A stretch of 64,000 nucleotides of DNA from Daphnia carinata (Eukaryota), in contig NC_081331.1 of the NCBI RefSeq assembly GCF_022539665.2, positions 3,782,001 through 3,846,000 on the forward strand. The letters are read 5' to 3'. The first letter of the stretch is position 1. Every line of letters starts with the position of its first letter. The notes under the pieces were generated by a model, which worked only from the letters and a program-made list of their open reading frames with translations, was not told the DNA's origin and did no database searches. This document shows, in pieces, positions 1 through 14,500 of this stretch. Both the position numbers and the translations under genes were made by a program.

Positions 1-1367
1 CACGGCCGTCGTCCGTTCAGCGTTTGTTATATTATTATTACCTTTTCTTCTTTCTCCATTCAAATGCCCGTGCAAGCAGTGGCGGTCGCGTGCCCAACGA
101 ATTACCTTTTCATTGCTGGACTGGACCGTATCCCTTTCTTTCCCAATGGCCCTGACAATTGAGAAAAGAAAGCGCCGGAGTTATTTCGCCTTCGTAAAAA
201 TGGGTAGTAGGTGTGTATAGTAGTTTCCGGATGAATGGAAATGAAGAAGAACCTCCTCCTTGTGTAGACGTACTGCAATATACCGCCATTGCTTTATGTA
301 CACATCGTTGAAATTCCTGAGGTAAAAAAAAAAAAAAAAAAAAAGAGGAAAAAATCAAGGGCAGGTGACCAAACCTTTCTTGTTATTATTAGCTCGGGGC
401 TATTTATCAGCCCCGGGTTTTTCTTTTTTTCGCTGGTAGATATTCACTTCGTTTTGCTGTAACGTACACATGTCAGTGTGTCGAATGTCATGGACGCTTT
501 CAACGTTCAAACAAGACGCAGAAAAGAAATCATCCGTAACCGATCGGCATACGCATTTTATGTTTGATTTTTATTACATTTCCCCTGTAAAAATGCAGCA
601 AGTTTACAGAGGGAATTAGGCAGTTAAGCTCTGATGATAATGTCGGAGGGAATAAACGTCCGAAAAACTGACGTGTTATCGGTTTTAAAGGTGCCCATAT
701 CACCTGGCGCCAATACACGTTCGTTTTCCGTTCTTTATTCACAGATGATGACGGCTGTTGCCTTCCTCCACTGCGGTAGCACAAACATCCCAAACAGCAA
801 GAGAAGCACCGGTTGTCTCTCTTCTAAAAGAAGAAAAAAAAAATAAATAAAATGTTCTGTCGAACATCAACTATAATAATCCCCCCCCCCCTTCATCTCT
901 CATATACGAAAAAAAGGGGGAACTGATCGAACATCACGCAGCGTGCAACTCTTTTTTTTTTTTTCTTTTTTTATTTACATCTCTCTTTAGTCTTATTGGG
1001 TTGCTGTTGCACCCGTGTAGGAACAACTGTAGCCGGATTCCCCTTCGTCGACCGTGAGTCTATTATACTCAGGATGGCGCTGCTGTCTGTGCGCTCCTAT
1101 CCATCATCGGAACGGCTTCATCGACGCCATCGATCATATTTCTTTCCTGTTGTTGTTCCATCTCATTTCTGTTTTTTGTTTTTTTTTTCTTGTTGTTGTT
1201 CAGGCCAATATGGTGAAGGTTTTTGCTCGATGCGCGAGCAGTCGACAGTGCATATAATGGAATCAAATCAGCACCGTTGATTACCACATTCTCCTTATCC
1301 TATTCCATCCAATCATAAGTGCTCATGTGCATCCATCAGACTCGAGTGTTTTTGCTGAAAAAAAAAT

Positions 1368-1401
<34 letters not shown>

Positions 1402-2539
1402 ACGGGAAACGTGTTGTGTTTGTAAGCGCAGAGGCGGAAAGATATGGTAATAATATAGCCATAGTCGAAGCTCAATTGAATGGGCAAATGCGGAGTGTGA
1501 TTAAGGCCACAATTGACTTTGGCGTTCATTACCTTTTGTACCTGAGCAAGTTCTTCTTCTTCTCAATTGTTTTAATGTTGTCGATTTTCAGGGTTGTTGG
1601 CATCTCGTGATTACAAGCCACAAAATCCACATATTCACGGTTAGTTTAGTGGGCGTTGATGTATACTCATCAAGACTTTCAGGGTAGTTTTATCCCAAAA
1701 GAGAAAAAGGAAAATCAATCATTGTACAATAAGTTCTGAAGTTTTTTCTTTTCTTTTTCGAGTTTCAAATGATGAAAACATTGGATAATGGCTTTATATC
1801 CGTTTCATTCTTTCTTTCTTATTGTGTTTGGCCATTTATCAACTATTGCACACAACAACCTTCTTTCGCCCCCCCGAACAAAAAAAGAAACGGACGTCAA
1901 ACAGTTTTGACTGGACATTACAACAAAAAAAAAAAAACGCGCGTGCTGCACCTTTGGAATACTCTCTAACCCGGATTTGTTTTTTTATTTCTTCATAATA
2001 TTTTTCTTTTTTTTTATCTTTTCTCTCTTTTCTTGTTGCCCTTTTTTTTTTCTCTGCTCGCTTCGTGCAGCTGCTCCGCGATAGCGCCGATGACTAGTGC
2101 GACTAAACATATACAAACGAGCACCACCTTGAGTCTTTGGCACCTTACACACACACACACACACAGTGCCATTTCCACTCCCCACTCTACGGAAATCACC
2201 TTTTGCCTGGGTCGTATATGCAGTGAATAATCCACAACAGCGGTGCATACACATAGATGGGAAGGGGGGGGGGGAGAAAAAGCGATATCAATAGATGAAT
2301 CGGACGTATATATCAACAGGCCAGTTAGATACGTATGGGGCATACAAGGTGTGTAGATATATACACACACACATAGAAAAGAGATGGACTTTAACGTGTG
2401 TGTAGTATAGAAAGGCGCCAGGAGTATACAGATTGTAACAGTCGTGGCACTCTCTGTTGGGGCTAAAGCTTTTCTGACCTATTGTTCCGTTTGTGTTCAA
2501 TAGACCCCCCTCCCTGCCGGCCTTTAAGGTTTTTCTAGC

Positions 2540-2563
2540 TGTGTGTGTGTGTGTGTGTGTGTG
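2540..2563. repeat. (TG)n microsatellite
   Basis: About 12 TG units. Confidence 0.9.
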
Positions 2564-5500
2564 TAGGTTCATCTCTATTTCCCGATGGAGCTTTTGTTAT
2601 CCATTGAGCTCAACCTTCTCCCTTTTTTATTTCGTTTTGCGATGGTGATTTGATTTTTCAAACGACGCGGCCAACGCGCACCTGGCGCTGCCTCTCTGTC
2701 CGTGGTTGTATCACCCCCTCTCTGAAAAAACTTTGCGTGTATCAATAAACCTGATTGCAATCATTGGCTGTCGTGAACAAGGGCAAACGGTTTTTATTTT
2801 TCTGAGAGAGGGGGGGGGGTGGAGGTCCAGCACCAACAACGCCCCTCGCTTATTTGCACGTTTAATTGGGACATGTATAGAAGGAATGCATGCAAGTTAA
2901 TGAATAAGCAAATTAGGAACATGAATGTGTAACGTTAAATGGTTTTGGCCACTGGCCACTGTTTTTGGTGTGCACAACGTTCGCATATAACAAACTGAGT
3001 CACTAGTGCGACTTTAGAAATAGAGCCGGGCCCAGTCAAACATCTGCCCGCCGCAGACAATAGAAAAACGGGAGAGAGTTATAAGCACAAGAGCAGGAGG
3101 GGTAACCTTTCCCCTCTTTTTTTTTTTCAGTATGCATGTGTCTATACAGATTCTCTATAGTGAAATGGAACGGATTGGAGCAGTTGGGTGTACGGTAACA
3201 GCCGGCCCTTTGGATAAATGTGATGCACAGATTCCGACGTGTATGCGTTGGCACCGTGTTTTGGCCTTCCCTCTACGTGTGTATGTGTACGTGGTCGACG
3301 CCGTACGCTCAACTGATTTATGTGTAATTTCTTTTTTTATTTTTATTTTCTTATCCGAATGTCCACAACACCTGCCCACCCTACTTTTTTTTAGCCGGGC
3401 AGTTCCACTATCAACGATCTGACCACTGTACACACCGCCCAGTCAATGGACTTTATTTCATTGCCAGTTCGTTTGCAACTTGATTTGTACGTTAAGAAAC
3501 TGATTGACATAGTTAGCAAAATGAATTCTATTTAGATTTCTTTAAAATAAAATGAAATGATGTTAAAAAGTTAAGAGAAGAAAAGCCTTGTGATTGTGTG
3601 AGAGGTGGAGTTGTAACATATCCGCGCAATGATTTTATGCGATCATCAAAGTGGATCGTCTTTCCGTTTGTGTGGGTTTTTTTTTATTTTGAATGTCTGT
3701 GTTGTTGTTTTATTTTTTTTTATTTGTCTTGTGTTTGTCATGTTTTGTCTTTTAGCGGATCGATGAGTTGAAAGCCAAAATCCCTCTTTTAACAAAGACA
3801 AAAGAAAAAGATATACGACGATGACGAAGTCTCTTTTTTTTTTTTCGGTGTGTGTAACTTGATCTGTTTGTTAAGCGGCTGCTGATGCCGGCCGGCCGGA
3901 CATCTGACCCAACTCGACGTAAAAATTTCTTTTTTCGCTAGCGGCTGCCGCTGTTGCTCGCGCAAGTTCCTCATCCTTACGTCGACGCTTTTCAGCCATT
4001 GAATCAGCTGTGTTTAACTTGTTATTCGTACGCACACGCGCCATGCAAACAGGGAGAAAGCTCATCGGTAAATAGCCGATGACAATGTCCAGAAAATTTA
4101 GTCAATTGAGTCAGTCCACGCAATCCCATTTGATTCGCGGTTTTTATTTGAACCTTTCCGTAACCGAATCGAAAAAGACGTTGGCGTACGCGGAGGGTTT
4201 TACCGTCCATTTCAGCACGCACACCATCAACTTTTGCCTACCCCACTAATTTCTACAACGTTTATCGTAATTGTGGATAGAATTCGGCAAGCGCACATCC
4301 ACAAGAAACAAACAGAAGCAGCGCTAATCGAAATCGGCAAGTTTCTTTTCGTTTCCCATCGTTTTATCGATCGATATCCGATTTCCAAGTTGCACGCACG
4401 TACCCAACAGTTTTTTTTTTTTTGCTTTCCCATGAAACAGACACACACACACAAAAAAATACATTGAATCGAATAGGAGGGGATAGCAATCGTGATATAA
4501 GACTATTGTGTGTATGTGTGTGTGTATACACTGTAGAACTGTGTTGCAGACATAATCAAAAAAAGACTTGTAGATACTTACACACAGGTGTTGGTTTCTA
4601 CGATTTCCTACTGCACGTCTAGCGGGCCCCTTCAACCATTTATCAATGCAATTGAAATGCGGCTCTCTTTTCTTTTGCGACGTCCATGGGAAACACTTTT
4701 ATTTTCATTCGATACCGTACACCCATGCAATATGATTGGCTGCATTGGATAATAGAGCGTCTCTCTCTTTCTTTGGACGCTTATACGAACGGCAGCGTTC
4801 CTCTTTTATTTATTTACAGATGCAACAGGCAAAAATCAAATAACAAGAAAAAGGTAAGAACTTGGTGGCGCAGTTTCTTTTATTTTCATGGCCGACAACG
4901 AAGCAAATGGACACAAGAGACGATTTCCACCCCAAAAGCGAAACGGAACGAGGAGGTTTTCGATCAATAAATCTCCAGTACGAGATTTTTAAAGAAGGAA
5001 AAAAAAAAAAAAAATTCACACGGGAAATGATTCGAATAAAAAAAAAAAAAGTGACACACACAAACACACATACACACAGCAAATATAGAAAAATACCGAC
5101 GCGACCTATTGTATAGATTTTTACAGTGCGCGTTGGAAACGACGTGAGTGTCAGTATTTCTCTATCCCCCCCCCCCCCCCCCTCGGCTGTCGATTTTTCA
5201 ATGCGTCCGCAGCTTCTGTGTGGGAACCTGTAACAGCATTCGGCATTATATATAGAAAAAATCATCAATTGAAAAACATTCGTAGAAAAAAAAAATAAAT
5301 AAATAAAAAGGCCGCCTTCCTGACGAGTAAAAAATGGCGATCAAAAATGAAAAATTCCTTCTCGATTGCCGGTGGTAGCGATCATGCGTAACCATTCCTC
5401 TCTCCTGTTCGGACATGGAAACGGAGTCCACCATGACGTCCGTCTTCTTTCCCTTTCTTTTGCTTTGCATTCCTCCCGCAAAAACTTGTTTCATTCTTTT

Positions 5501-8500
5501 TCCGGATCATGACGAAGGGTCTTTGTGCAGCTTGTCGGCCAACTTTTTTGTATATATTGGTAGCTGCCATCACTTGGCGAGATGCAACACGTCAATAACC
5601 GGAGGTAGGTGGCAGAAGGGGCGGATGATGTGGCCACAAACAAACAACAAAAACTTCCGTTTTCTAAAATGCCAATCTTCTTTTTTTTTTTTTTTCATTT
5701 CCCTCCTTTTCTTATTTGAACTTGCATCCGTTGAGACTTACTGAAGAAGGAGCAATCCCCCTGTTGTCCGTCCTTTTAAAAATGCCAACCAAGTTTGACG
5801 GATGCGTGTTACAAGCCACGTCCATACGCTGGATAGGTCCACGCTGTTTAGGGGATCAAGTAAAAAACGTCACATTTCCCCAACATTCCATCGTTGACAA
5901 AATGGAATGCTGCACCTCAACCGCTCAAATACCTACAATTGTCAAACACTACGGTAAATACAGTTACGTGTTTTCGGCGTCAAGGATATGTACAGTATGT
6001 GCGTGTACATATATATTTTTGATTTATTCACCAGGCGATTTTTAACGTACGAAATAGGAAACTTGAGTTTCATGAAAGCATCACATAGCAAACGTTCGCA
6101 TTTTGCTTTTTTTTTCAGGTCCTATTTTTAGTTGTGAAAACAAAACAGACGTTTGTTGCTATCCTCTTCTTTGGTAAAGAAAAAAATATATCTAGCCCTC
6201 TCACTCTCTCTCTTGCCGCTAAATTGATAAATAGTCGGAGAATGGATACATGTCCTTCCAGCTGCTCGGGTCGTCTCCGATGTCATCGCGCATCCAGACA
6301 AACCGGGGGGAGGGAGGACTTTTTCTTTGGAGAAAAGAAGAAGAAAACTTTCAACAATAAAAGCGAAAATAGTAAATGAATAAAAAAGGAAGCCTGTATG
6401 GATTGCGGTTGGCCAAAATAAAAAAAAAAAAAAAAAAAAAAGGAGAATACTTTCTTTAAATACACAAGATGAGTTAGCAACCAGATACAGCCGTTTTTTA
6501 TTTTCCCCATCTATTATTCTGGTGAATTAAACGTCTTGGCATCGTGTCGTTTAATGCCACTCTTTAAGCCTGTTAAAGATGCAAAAGTATAAGAATGTAA
6601 TATGAACCATATCATCGAGGAAAATCAGGTAACCAATCGAAAAAAAGGGGGGGACAGAACGAGGCTATGTCGTGAAAAGCCTCGCTATCGAATTAAATTT
6701 GTACTTACCAAAAGATTAGAAGAAAAAAAAAAAAAAAAGAAACCGCAATAGAATTTATCAACGGTGGATTGGACATCGACAGAGCCGGAGGAGCACACGT
6801 GTATAAGTGATCTAGTGTAATAACCGGCATGGATAAATAGCGTTAGCCTATACATAGACTCGATTCACACAAAAAGGACATTTCGCTCCGTCCTGCGTAC
6901 ATAACTCCTGAGCATCAGCCCTAGTCTGCGACACGGGAAATGCATTAGAGAGTTTCGAGAACTTATTGGCCAATAATAATGTCAGCCCGGCAAATGAAAT
7001 GTATCGCTCTCGAAACTGCTAGTCACGGTTACATTGACAATCTGTGGGCCTATTTAAGGATACGTAGCTATTTCGTGTATCGGGTCATTCGTATCGAATA
7101 GAAAAATACATCACTGTGTAATCCTCTTACGTGGTTAAGGAGCGAAGAAGAGAGATGTTGTTGAATTTCATTTTTTTTTTTTTTTTTTTTGAAATACCCG
7201 TGGTCGTTTATCTGATTAGTGCCCCATTGACGATGCCATTAGGCTCTGATTCCGGATATGTCTACACTCTATTCCGGATTTCTATAGAGGAACAACAGCT
7301 GATATAATGGACGTCGTCTATCTTGCAGAAATCGAGGTCAGCTGTGCTCTGCTTGTAACAATGGTGTGTTCGATGTACTAACCAGAAGAAATGTGCGGCG
7401 TACTGAAAACGCAACCGCAATTTGGTTGAGGGTGTCGAATTTTTCTTACGGCCGTCCGCAGATGTATTGCGCAGCAAAGAGCGACGACCCTTTACGAGAA
7501 AGAAAGAAAAAGAAAAAAAAAAAAGGATGTTTTATACCACCCGCAACGTGTAGCTGGAGGTTTGTTTCCTCCTCCGCCGAAGGTTAGCAATGTTGTATAT
7601 GTACACATAATAGGCCGGAAAAAGGTTCCTCTTCCTCATCTTCTCATCCGTATTTTTTTCCCCTTTTTTTTTCGGAAGATATTTAATTTTTTTTTTTGGG
7701 GGGGGGTTCGAATGCGCGCTTCCATTCAAGTTCAAACACAAACACAATTGTGGATATAAGAATAGACGAGAAGAATGGTCGGGACGTCGAAGAAATTGTT
7801 TGACCAGTTTTTTTTCTCTGAGGTGCACATTCGATCCGTACCGGAATCATGGGGGAGAAAAAAAAAGAGGTATATCCTAGAGTTAAAAAAAAAAATCAAA
7901 TAATAGAACGGAGTTTAAAAAAAAAAAAAATAAGGGTCGCGGAATAGGCCAATGGGGAAGGTTATTCAGCTCGTATTTTCTTCCATTTCAACAGGAGCTT
8001 TTGTCGCCTGTTTGTCTATTGTGGAGGTTAAAAGAAAAAAAGACCGTGTCATTAAAAAGTTCAAGAGAGCACAGACACCATCACGACAGACCTGCCGAGT
8101 GTTTTTTTTTTTTTTCTTAGAGAGGGAAAGGTCCTTGGCTATATCCTTGCCGGTCTCCCATTGCTTTGCCGGAAACTCTTGAAACTGTCTCTTTCTATGT
8201 GCGTAGAACCTTCGGTCGTGGCCCACATCCAACTACGTAGAAGGTCAAATAACAAATCTATACCTTAAAAAATAGGATAAATTAGTAGGGGGGAATACAC
8301 CTGCTACTTGTAAGAGGTTTACTTTCTACGTCCCTTTAAAACGTTCTATTCTTTGCGACCGGTCAACCATCTTTTTTTGTTATTGCTCTCTGCGGTTTCT
8401 CTTCTCTTGGCAAGTGGATCTTGTTCAAAAACTTGCATGGCTAATAGATTTCAGCAAAAGAAGCATTTAAAAAAGAAAAATGAATTCATTTGCTGGGCTC

Positions 8501-8778
8501 TATATATACTCGTTTTTTTTTACGTAGCGGCTGACAGGTGCGGCTGTGAATGTGAAATGTCAGATCAGGTCCCGCTCGAGCGGAAATGAGCCCCACTACT
8601 CGTCTATGACCTTTTTTAATGATACGTATACCATTCTAAAGTGGTGAGCTTCCTACGTCCGTAGATATACTCATGGCAATGACAGAATGCCAACAAGGAC
8701 GACGACAGAGTATATTACGAGACATCCTTGATACTTGCAAGAGTTCTTTTTTGTTTTGTTTCTCTTTTGTTTTAGCTG

Positions 8779-8822
8779 AGAGAAAGAGAGAAAGAGAGAG
8801 AGAGAGAGAGAGAGCGAGAGAA
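8779..8822. repeat. (GA)n-rich tract
   Basis: GAGAGAAAGAGAGAAAGAGAGAGA... run. Confidence 0.85.
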
Positions 8823-11537
8823 ACGTGAAAGGAAATAGACGTTGGATGACATGTGGTAGTCAGGTGTGTTCTTTCTCAGTGTCCCTCTCTTTGCGCTGTC
8901 TAGCTGCTGTTGTCGGCCGACGTTGGTGGCGGCCTGGAACGTGGACGATTCCGGGGAAAAACGCGGAGATTTACGGCCGCCGTGACACTACTGACTTACG
9001 AACGCTACGGAATTCCATCTGCAGGTTTTTTGGTTTTTTTTTGTTTTTTTGTTCTCTTTCCCTCTATCGTCGTCTTCCTGCCTTTCGACCGGTTTTTGTA
9101 ATGTTCCACGTCTAACGTTCCATGATGAAACCAAGAGTATTGTTTGTTTGTGTGGCCCCCTCTTTACTTTTGGCTTCAATCTCTTCGCTTCTCAATGCGA
9201 CGAACTGGGTAAGTCTTTTTTTTTTTTCCTTCTTCTTTAGTCCCTGGACCAGACACAACAACAGCGATGTACATAACACAACATTTTTTAAAAAAAGGAA
9301 TGAAGGAGAAAGGCAGTATATACATGGCAAAACGCGAGCTAGTTGGTGGAGGATCCAAACAGCGGGCGGGTTCGCTGTTTTTGTCGTCTGTTTTTAGAAT
9401 CCCACGCGCCTCGTTTTTGGAACATTATCCGGAGGTTGCACGATTTTTTCTTTTTTTTTTTTTTTTTTCAAAATCCCCTTTAATTTTTTTGTGTGTATGC
9501 GTCTGAATGAGAGGATTCATCTTTACGTAGAAAGAGGAGTCGTCCAACTCATTGCTTCATTCCGCACACTGGAAAATTGGTTGGCGTCTATCCTCTCGAT
9601 TCGTTATGGTTTTGTTTCTTCCATATGTATTTGCCTATATAAGCTGGGTGTTATATAGCAACTAGAAAGATAAACAACTATCCTGCCCCACAATCTGTAT
9701 AAATTAGGTGCACAGGGGCTTTAAAATAGAAAAGAAAATCCCGAAACGATCAGCACACGAAATTTCACGACTCGCCAAACAAGCACCAGCAGCAAAGCCT
9801 CGGAATAGTTTTTCTTTTTTGTATTTAAAGCCATAACAAGTGGTGTATATTAGGTCTGCTGCTATAAATGTTCCATCTCTCTTTCCCCCCGCACTTTTTT
9901 TTGTTTTTTTTTGTTTTTGTTTTTTTTGTTTTTTTTTGTGTCCGTCGAATGGCCGCATTGTTACACCTTTGGCAAATCGATGCGTCTCTCGTCCGTAATT
10001 TTTCCCCTTGTTTGTGTGTCTTCATTTCCAACTTCTTCTTATCTCTTTCTGTCTCGTTTTCTTTTGTTTTCTTCTGCTCTTTTGTCCTGTTTTTTTTTAT
10101 TCACCTTTTCCCTATAGTGTTGTATAACCTTTATTTTTTTTTGTGGCCGTCTCTTTCTTGTTCTAGCGTCCGGGCGTTAGATGTTCGAGAAATGCCAACA
10201 GCGCGCAAGTTTTTATTAGCAGTCGTATAGATAGCGGTTGGGGTATGAGAATGCAACCGGTCGTTAACGCAGACACACAACCTGCTGCAAAAGAGCAGAG
10301 GCAGTTAAAAAACATTTTCGGTTAACAGCAGCTCTGGCGCACACCACCGATGTATAGCGCGAGAGGGAGCTCTGCAGGAGCGGCCATGCTCCCCCCGCTG
10401 CAACAGCTACAACAAAAGCACAATAGAGACAAAACAACACCTCTACCAACGAAATGAAGCAAAGAAAACAAAATGCGAAACAGTCAAATAGAGTGAAAGA
10501 TTAGTCCGGCAGCCTCCAAAATTGTGTTGGAGAGCAAATTGTTTGGTACTTTTTTTTTTGCGGGATCCTGCCCGACATTCTTTTGCTCAAGTTTGGCCCA
10601 TCACCTAAACAACAACAACTTTTTCTTTCTTCGTTCTATATATTCCCTTTTCTTAACACGGATGTGCTATATCGCAGCCGGTGTAAAAATACTTGAAGAC
10701 TTTAGAGGCGTATACAACCCAATCGAGAAAGAAGGCAAAGCACCAGGAGGGATATAGCCCTGATAACAGTGTCAAGTCCGAATAGGCTTTCGTCACCGCG
10801 TGTTTATTTTGACTCTTTGGCACCGGCAAGAACGGGAGACGCATACACCCCAGCATCTTTGGATTGCTATAGCAACATGGCCCGTCCCAGCTCTTTCGGA
10901 TGGCTGTATTATGTCTTGTATACAATGAGAACGGGCCCGTTCTCCTGTTCGCACTTGATGCACATTCTTGAGCAAGGATCACAGTTTGCAGACGGGCAAA
11001 TCTTAACGGTGTGGCATTTCTTATTCTTGTCTCATTCGGTCGTTGTGGTATTTCTTTTCTGGCTGGCGTGAACTGATGGCCAGCCAGTGACCCTTCAGCA
11101 CCTGCTATTGGTCCGTCTAGCCAACTATGTTTATTGCTAACTGAGACATCCAGATTAGCTATTAGCGGAGCGTGAAAGATTCATCCCCGCAGACGAGATT
11201 AACCTCAATCTTCGGCTCCCGTTTGCTGTGTCTAAAAAAGAAAATTCTGTTTGCCGGCCAAGGCCAGCATAACTAACGCGCTGTCGTCAGTCCCTTGCAA
11301 AAATAATTTACTTACGAAGAGTTCCATATAATGCCATATCCCAACCTGTCAATTTCTGTACAATTCAAACTGAATAAAGGAAACGCATTTCAATAATTAA
11401 ATGTACTGGGCCAAGGTTAAAAGTCTAACTTGCATAGTGTATGCCTATGAATATGCTATGCACTGGCAGAAAAAAAAGAGGGGGGAGGAAAGGATCGTGT
11501 TCTACGTGGCCGGCTGTTGCTAGCTGTTGCTGCATGG

Positions 11538-11540
<3 letters not shown>

Positions 11541-11568
<28 letters not shown>
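11541..11568. repeat. (AT)n microsatellite
   Basis: About 14 AT units. Confidence 0.9.
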
Positions 11569-14500
11569 CCAGCCAAGTAACACAGTTACAAGCAGACTCT
11601 CAACCATCAGAAGAGTTGAAAGACGAGGAGCAGGTGGCGAGACCTAACTCTTATAACTCAACGTCTCAGCCAACTCCCGACGTTCCCTTTCCTTCCCCAC
11701 TACCTACCGGTTTTTTTTTTTTTTAAGTGGAAAGATTTTTTGCATGTTGGACGAGCTGCCTACGTGTTGCTAAATGAGATCGCTATCTTGTTACATATGT
11801 ACATAGTGGAGAGCAGAAAAAACGCTGTTTATCATTTCATCCGTTTGTTTTTCACGTTTGGGTTCGTTCGTTATAAAACGCACAAACTCGGCAATTGCAA
11901 GGACTTTTTTTTTGTCCGTTCATCGTCCTTGAAGATACAAACAGCTAAAAAGCTCTTTTTGTTTTGCCCGATTCTCATTTCGTTAGCCTTCCCTAGCCCG
12001 TCAAAAGCCGATTGACACAGGAAATGGAAGAGAAAGACATGATCACCCTCCATTTCTCATTTGAACGATGGCGTAACTAGAGAAGATTACTCGATACTCT
12101 CTTTTTTTGTTTTTGCTGTATCGACTTGTCTCACTCTGCGGGAGGTAAAGGGCAAGACAAGGGTGCCGGCCGTTGGATAATGAAACTCGTGTTGTCGTTA
12201 TTGAGTTACCCACTAAACACGAGTCTCCCTCCGCTATTTCCAACAGCTAAAAGGGGAGAGAAGATACAAAATATACAAGAAAACAAAAATAAAAATAAAA
12301 GAGCGAGGGAGGTAAGAAACGGCACACACAACTATTTCGTTCTGTTTAACTCTCAGCGTCTTTGCGTTACACGCGCGCACGCGTTACATGTGCCAACGCG
12401 GGTGAGCCCTGGTGTGTCCAGCTGTTACTGAATAGGTCAAAGTCAGGTCCGTATGGTGTTGAGCGTGTCACTTTTCACCTTGCCACTTCTTAATCTTTAT
12501 TCCTTTTTTCTCTGTTTCTCTCTCTGGCCTGGACGTGCGTTAAGAAGAAGAAGAAGAAGAAGAAAAAAAAAAGAATTTTTTAACGACGTAAGAGAACCTA
12601 GTCATAATGTACAAACACGGGATGTATTTATATAACTGACTAACTGCTTGCGGTTGCTTGGGTACACCCAAACGTTTAAAAGAAATTCCATATTTTTATT
12701 TTTTATTTTCAAAAGCGGCTGGGCTTGTAATAGCGACAACAGCTGACAACGAGCAAGAACACACACGGCCAGTTCTTTCTTGAAAAAAAAAGGCAATAGG
12801 CGATATGTGTGTCAGAGATAAATTAGTTTCACAACGGGCTCGATATTCATTTGTCATCGATGATCGGGTCAAAGGTGGGAAACATCTTCTTTAGTTTGAA
12901 ACTCGTGCCAAGCAACAAAGTACCAAACAACTAAACTTTTTCCGCGGTGTTCCAGTCGAGAAAAAAACAAAACATTTACCGCCCCCGCAAGTAACTGCTC
13001 AAACAAACGCACCACTTGTAAAGGTACACATAGATCGTTACCCCCACCGTTAACGCACCTGGCATGTACAAAACACATAGGTGTCCAACAGTCCAATCAG
13101 AGCCATATTGTGGAAATGATGTTAAGGTCTCTACAAACACCAACTTTTTTTGCTCGGCCGTAGAAGAAAAAAGAAGGGGATTTTCAATCAAAACAAGACG
13201 CCCTCTCCAAAATGTGTACCTCTCTCTTTTGACTCTCTCGCACCGCTGTGTGACGTGCACAATTAATAGTCGTCCAGGGCCTGCTGGACTGCTGCGGCTC
13301 GTGTCCGAAAAACGCAGCGGTCTGTCCGTAAAAGCGATGATAAATGATCCCGTAAATGAAGGGGAATAATAATATATCGTCTATTGAGCTGCGTTATGTG
13401 TACGAGACTATAAAACTCTGTATATATATTCACAGTATAGATATATAGACAGGCAAAAAGGAAGGTAAACGCATTAAAACATGTCGAAGTTCTCTTTTTT
13501 TTTTCCAGGTGCAAGTTTGACTCTTGTACATATTTCTCGTTGTAAAAGGTGAATGTTTTTTCTTTTTTTGTGAGTTTCCCCCCTCTTGTTTTTCTGCCCT
13601 TCCTTCGGCTTTAGTCGGTGTAACGAGTGAGTCAGAAAGCTCTGTGTGTAATCAAACTAGTGGCGATGATTTAGCACCGTCATGTAGCACCTTTCGGTGT
13701 TCGACAGCAGCCGTTGTTAAAGTAGTTGTGTAGAATAACCTTATGACGGCTATATTTTTTGCCTTTAAAGATCCTGTTAACTACGTAATGATTGGATTTT
13801 TGTTTTCTTTCTTTCTACTTATCAATTCATTAGCCACCGAGTTCCATTTTTTTTAGGACATGCTTCTATACTTTTGAATGATAAAAATCAGTTCTAAAAT
13901 TTTGAAACATGTCTTCCTTATTTAATGAGGTTACAAGGCCCGTCTATTACTAAATAGGTTGATCCTATTTTTACTTTAGTTTTTGTTAGAAAAAAGAAAC
14001 AGCGCGTCACCGCGTTTGAATGTAGTACATAAAAATGGATGCCACTCTCTTTCCTTTCTACGTGGGCAACGTAGAAACGCACGGGGAAATCCGATAGTAT
14101 CGGGTGATGATGTCGGTTTTCTCCGGGTTTGATTTAGATCTGTGGCATCTGCCTCGTGGGTTTGCATAGTGAACTTTTTCCACGACGTTCCGTTCGTCGT
14201 GTACATACGTGTGTGAGCCTCTATAGGAAATCACGAAGTTACGTATGTTAAATAAGGTTAGGGCGACAACAAACAAAAAAGAAAATCGGAGCGTGTGTCG
14301 AGCCCCTCTTTTTTTTTTTCAAATGGCGGTAGAAATTTTTTTTTTTCGGGCTTTCCAGACAATCTCCAGTAAATCTTTGAATAATGGGTCTGATTGCTCG
14401 TCAGGTTTTCGCTCCGTTTTCTTTCTCTCGGACATGGTTTTTTTTTTCTTTCACAAAGGCGTCGATTCCCGTCACGAAATAGCGTGTTAACTTCCTTTTC

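Noticed and set aside
11569..11710. Protein-like patch QADSQPSEELKDEEQVARPNSYNSTSQPTPDV
   Set aside because: No convincing splice signals or partner exons; flanked by a microsatellite and poly-T.
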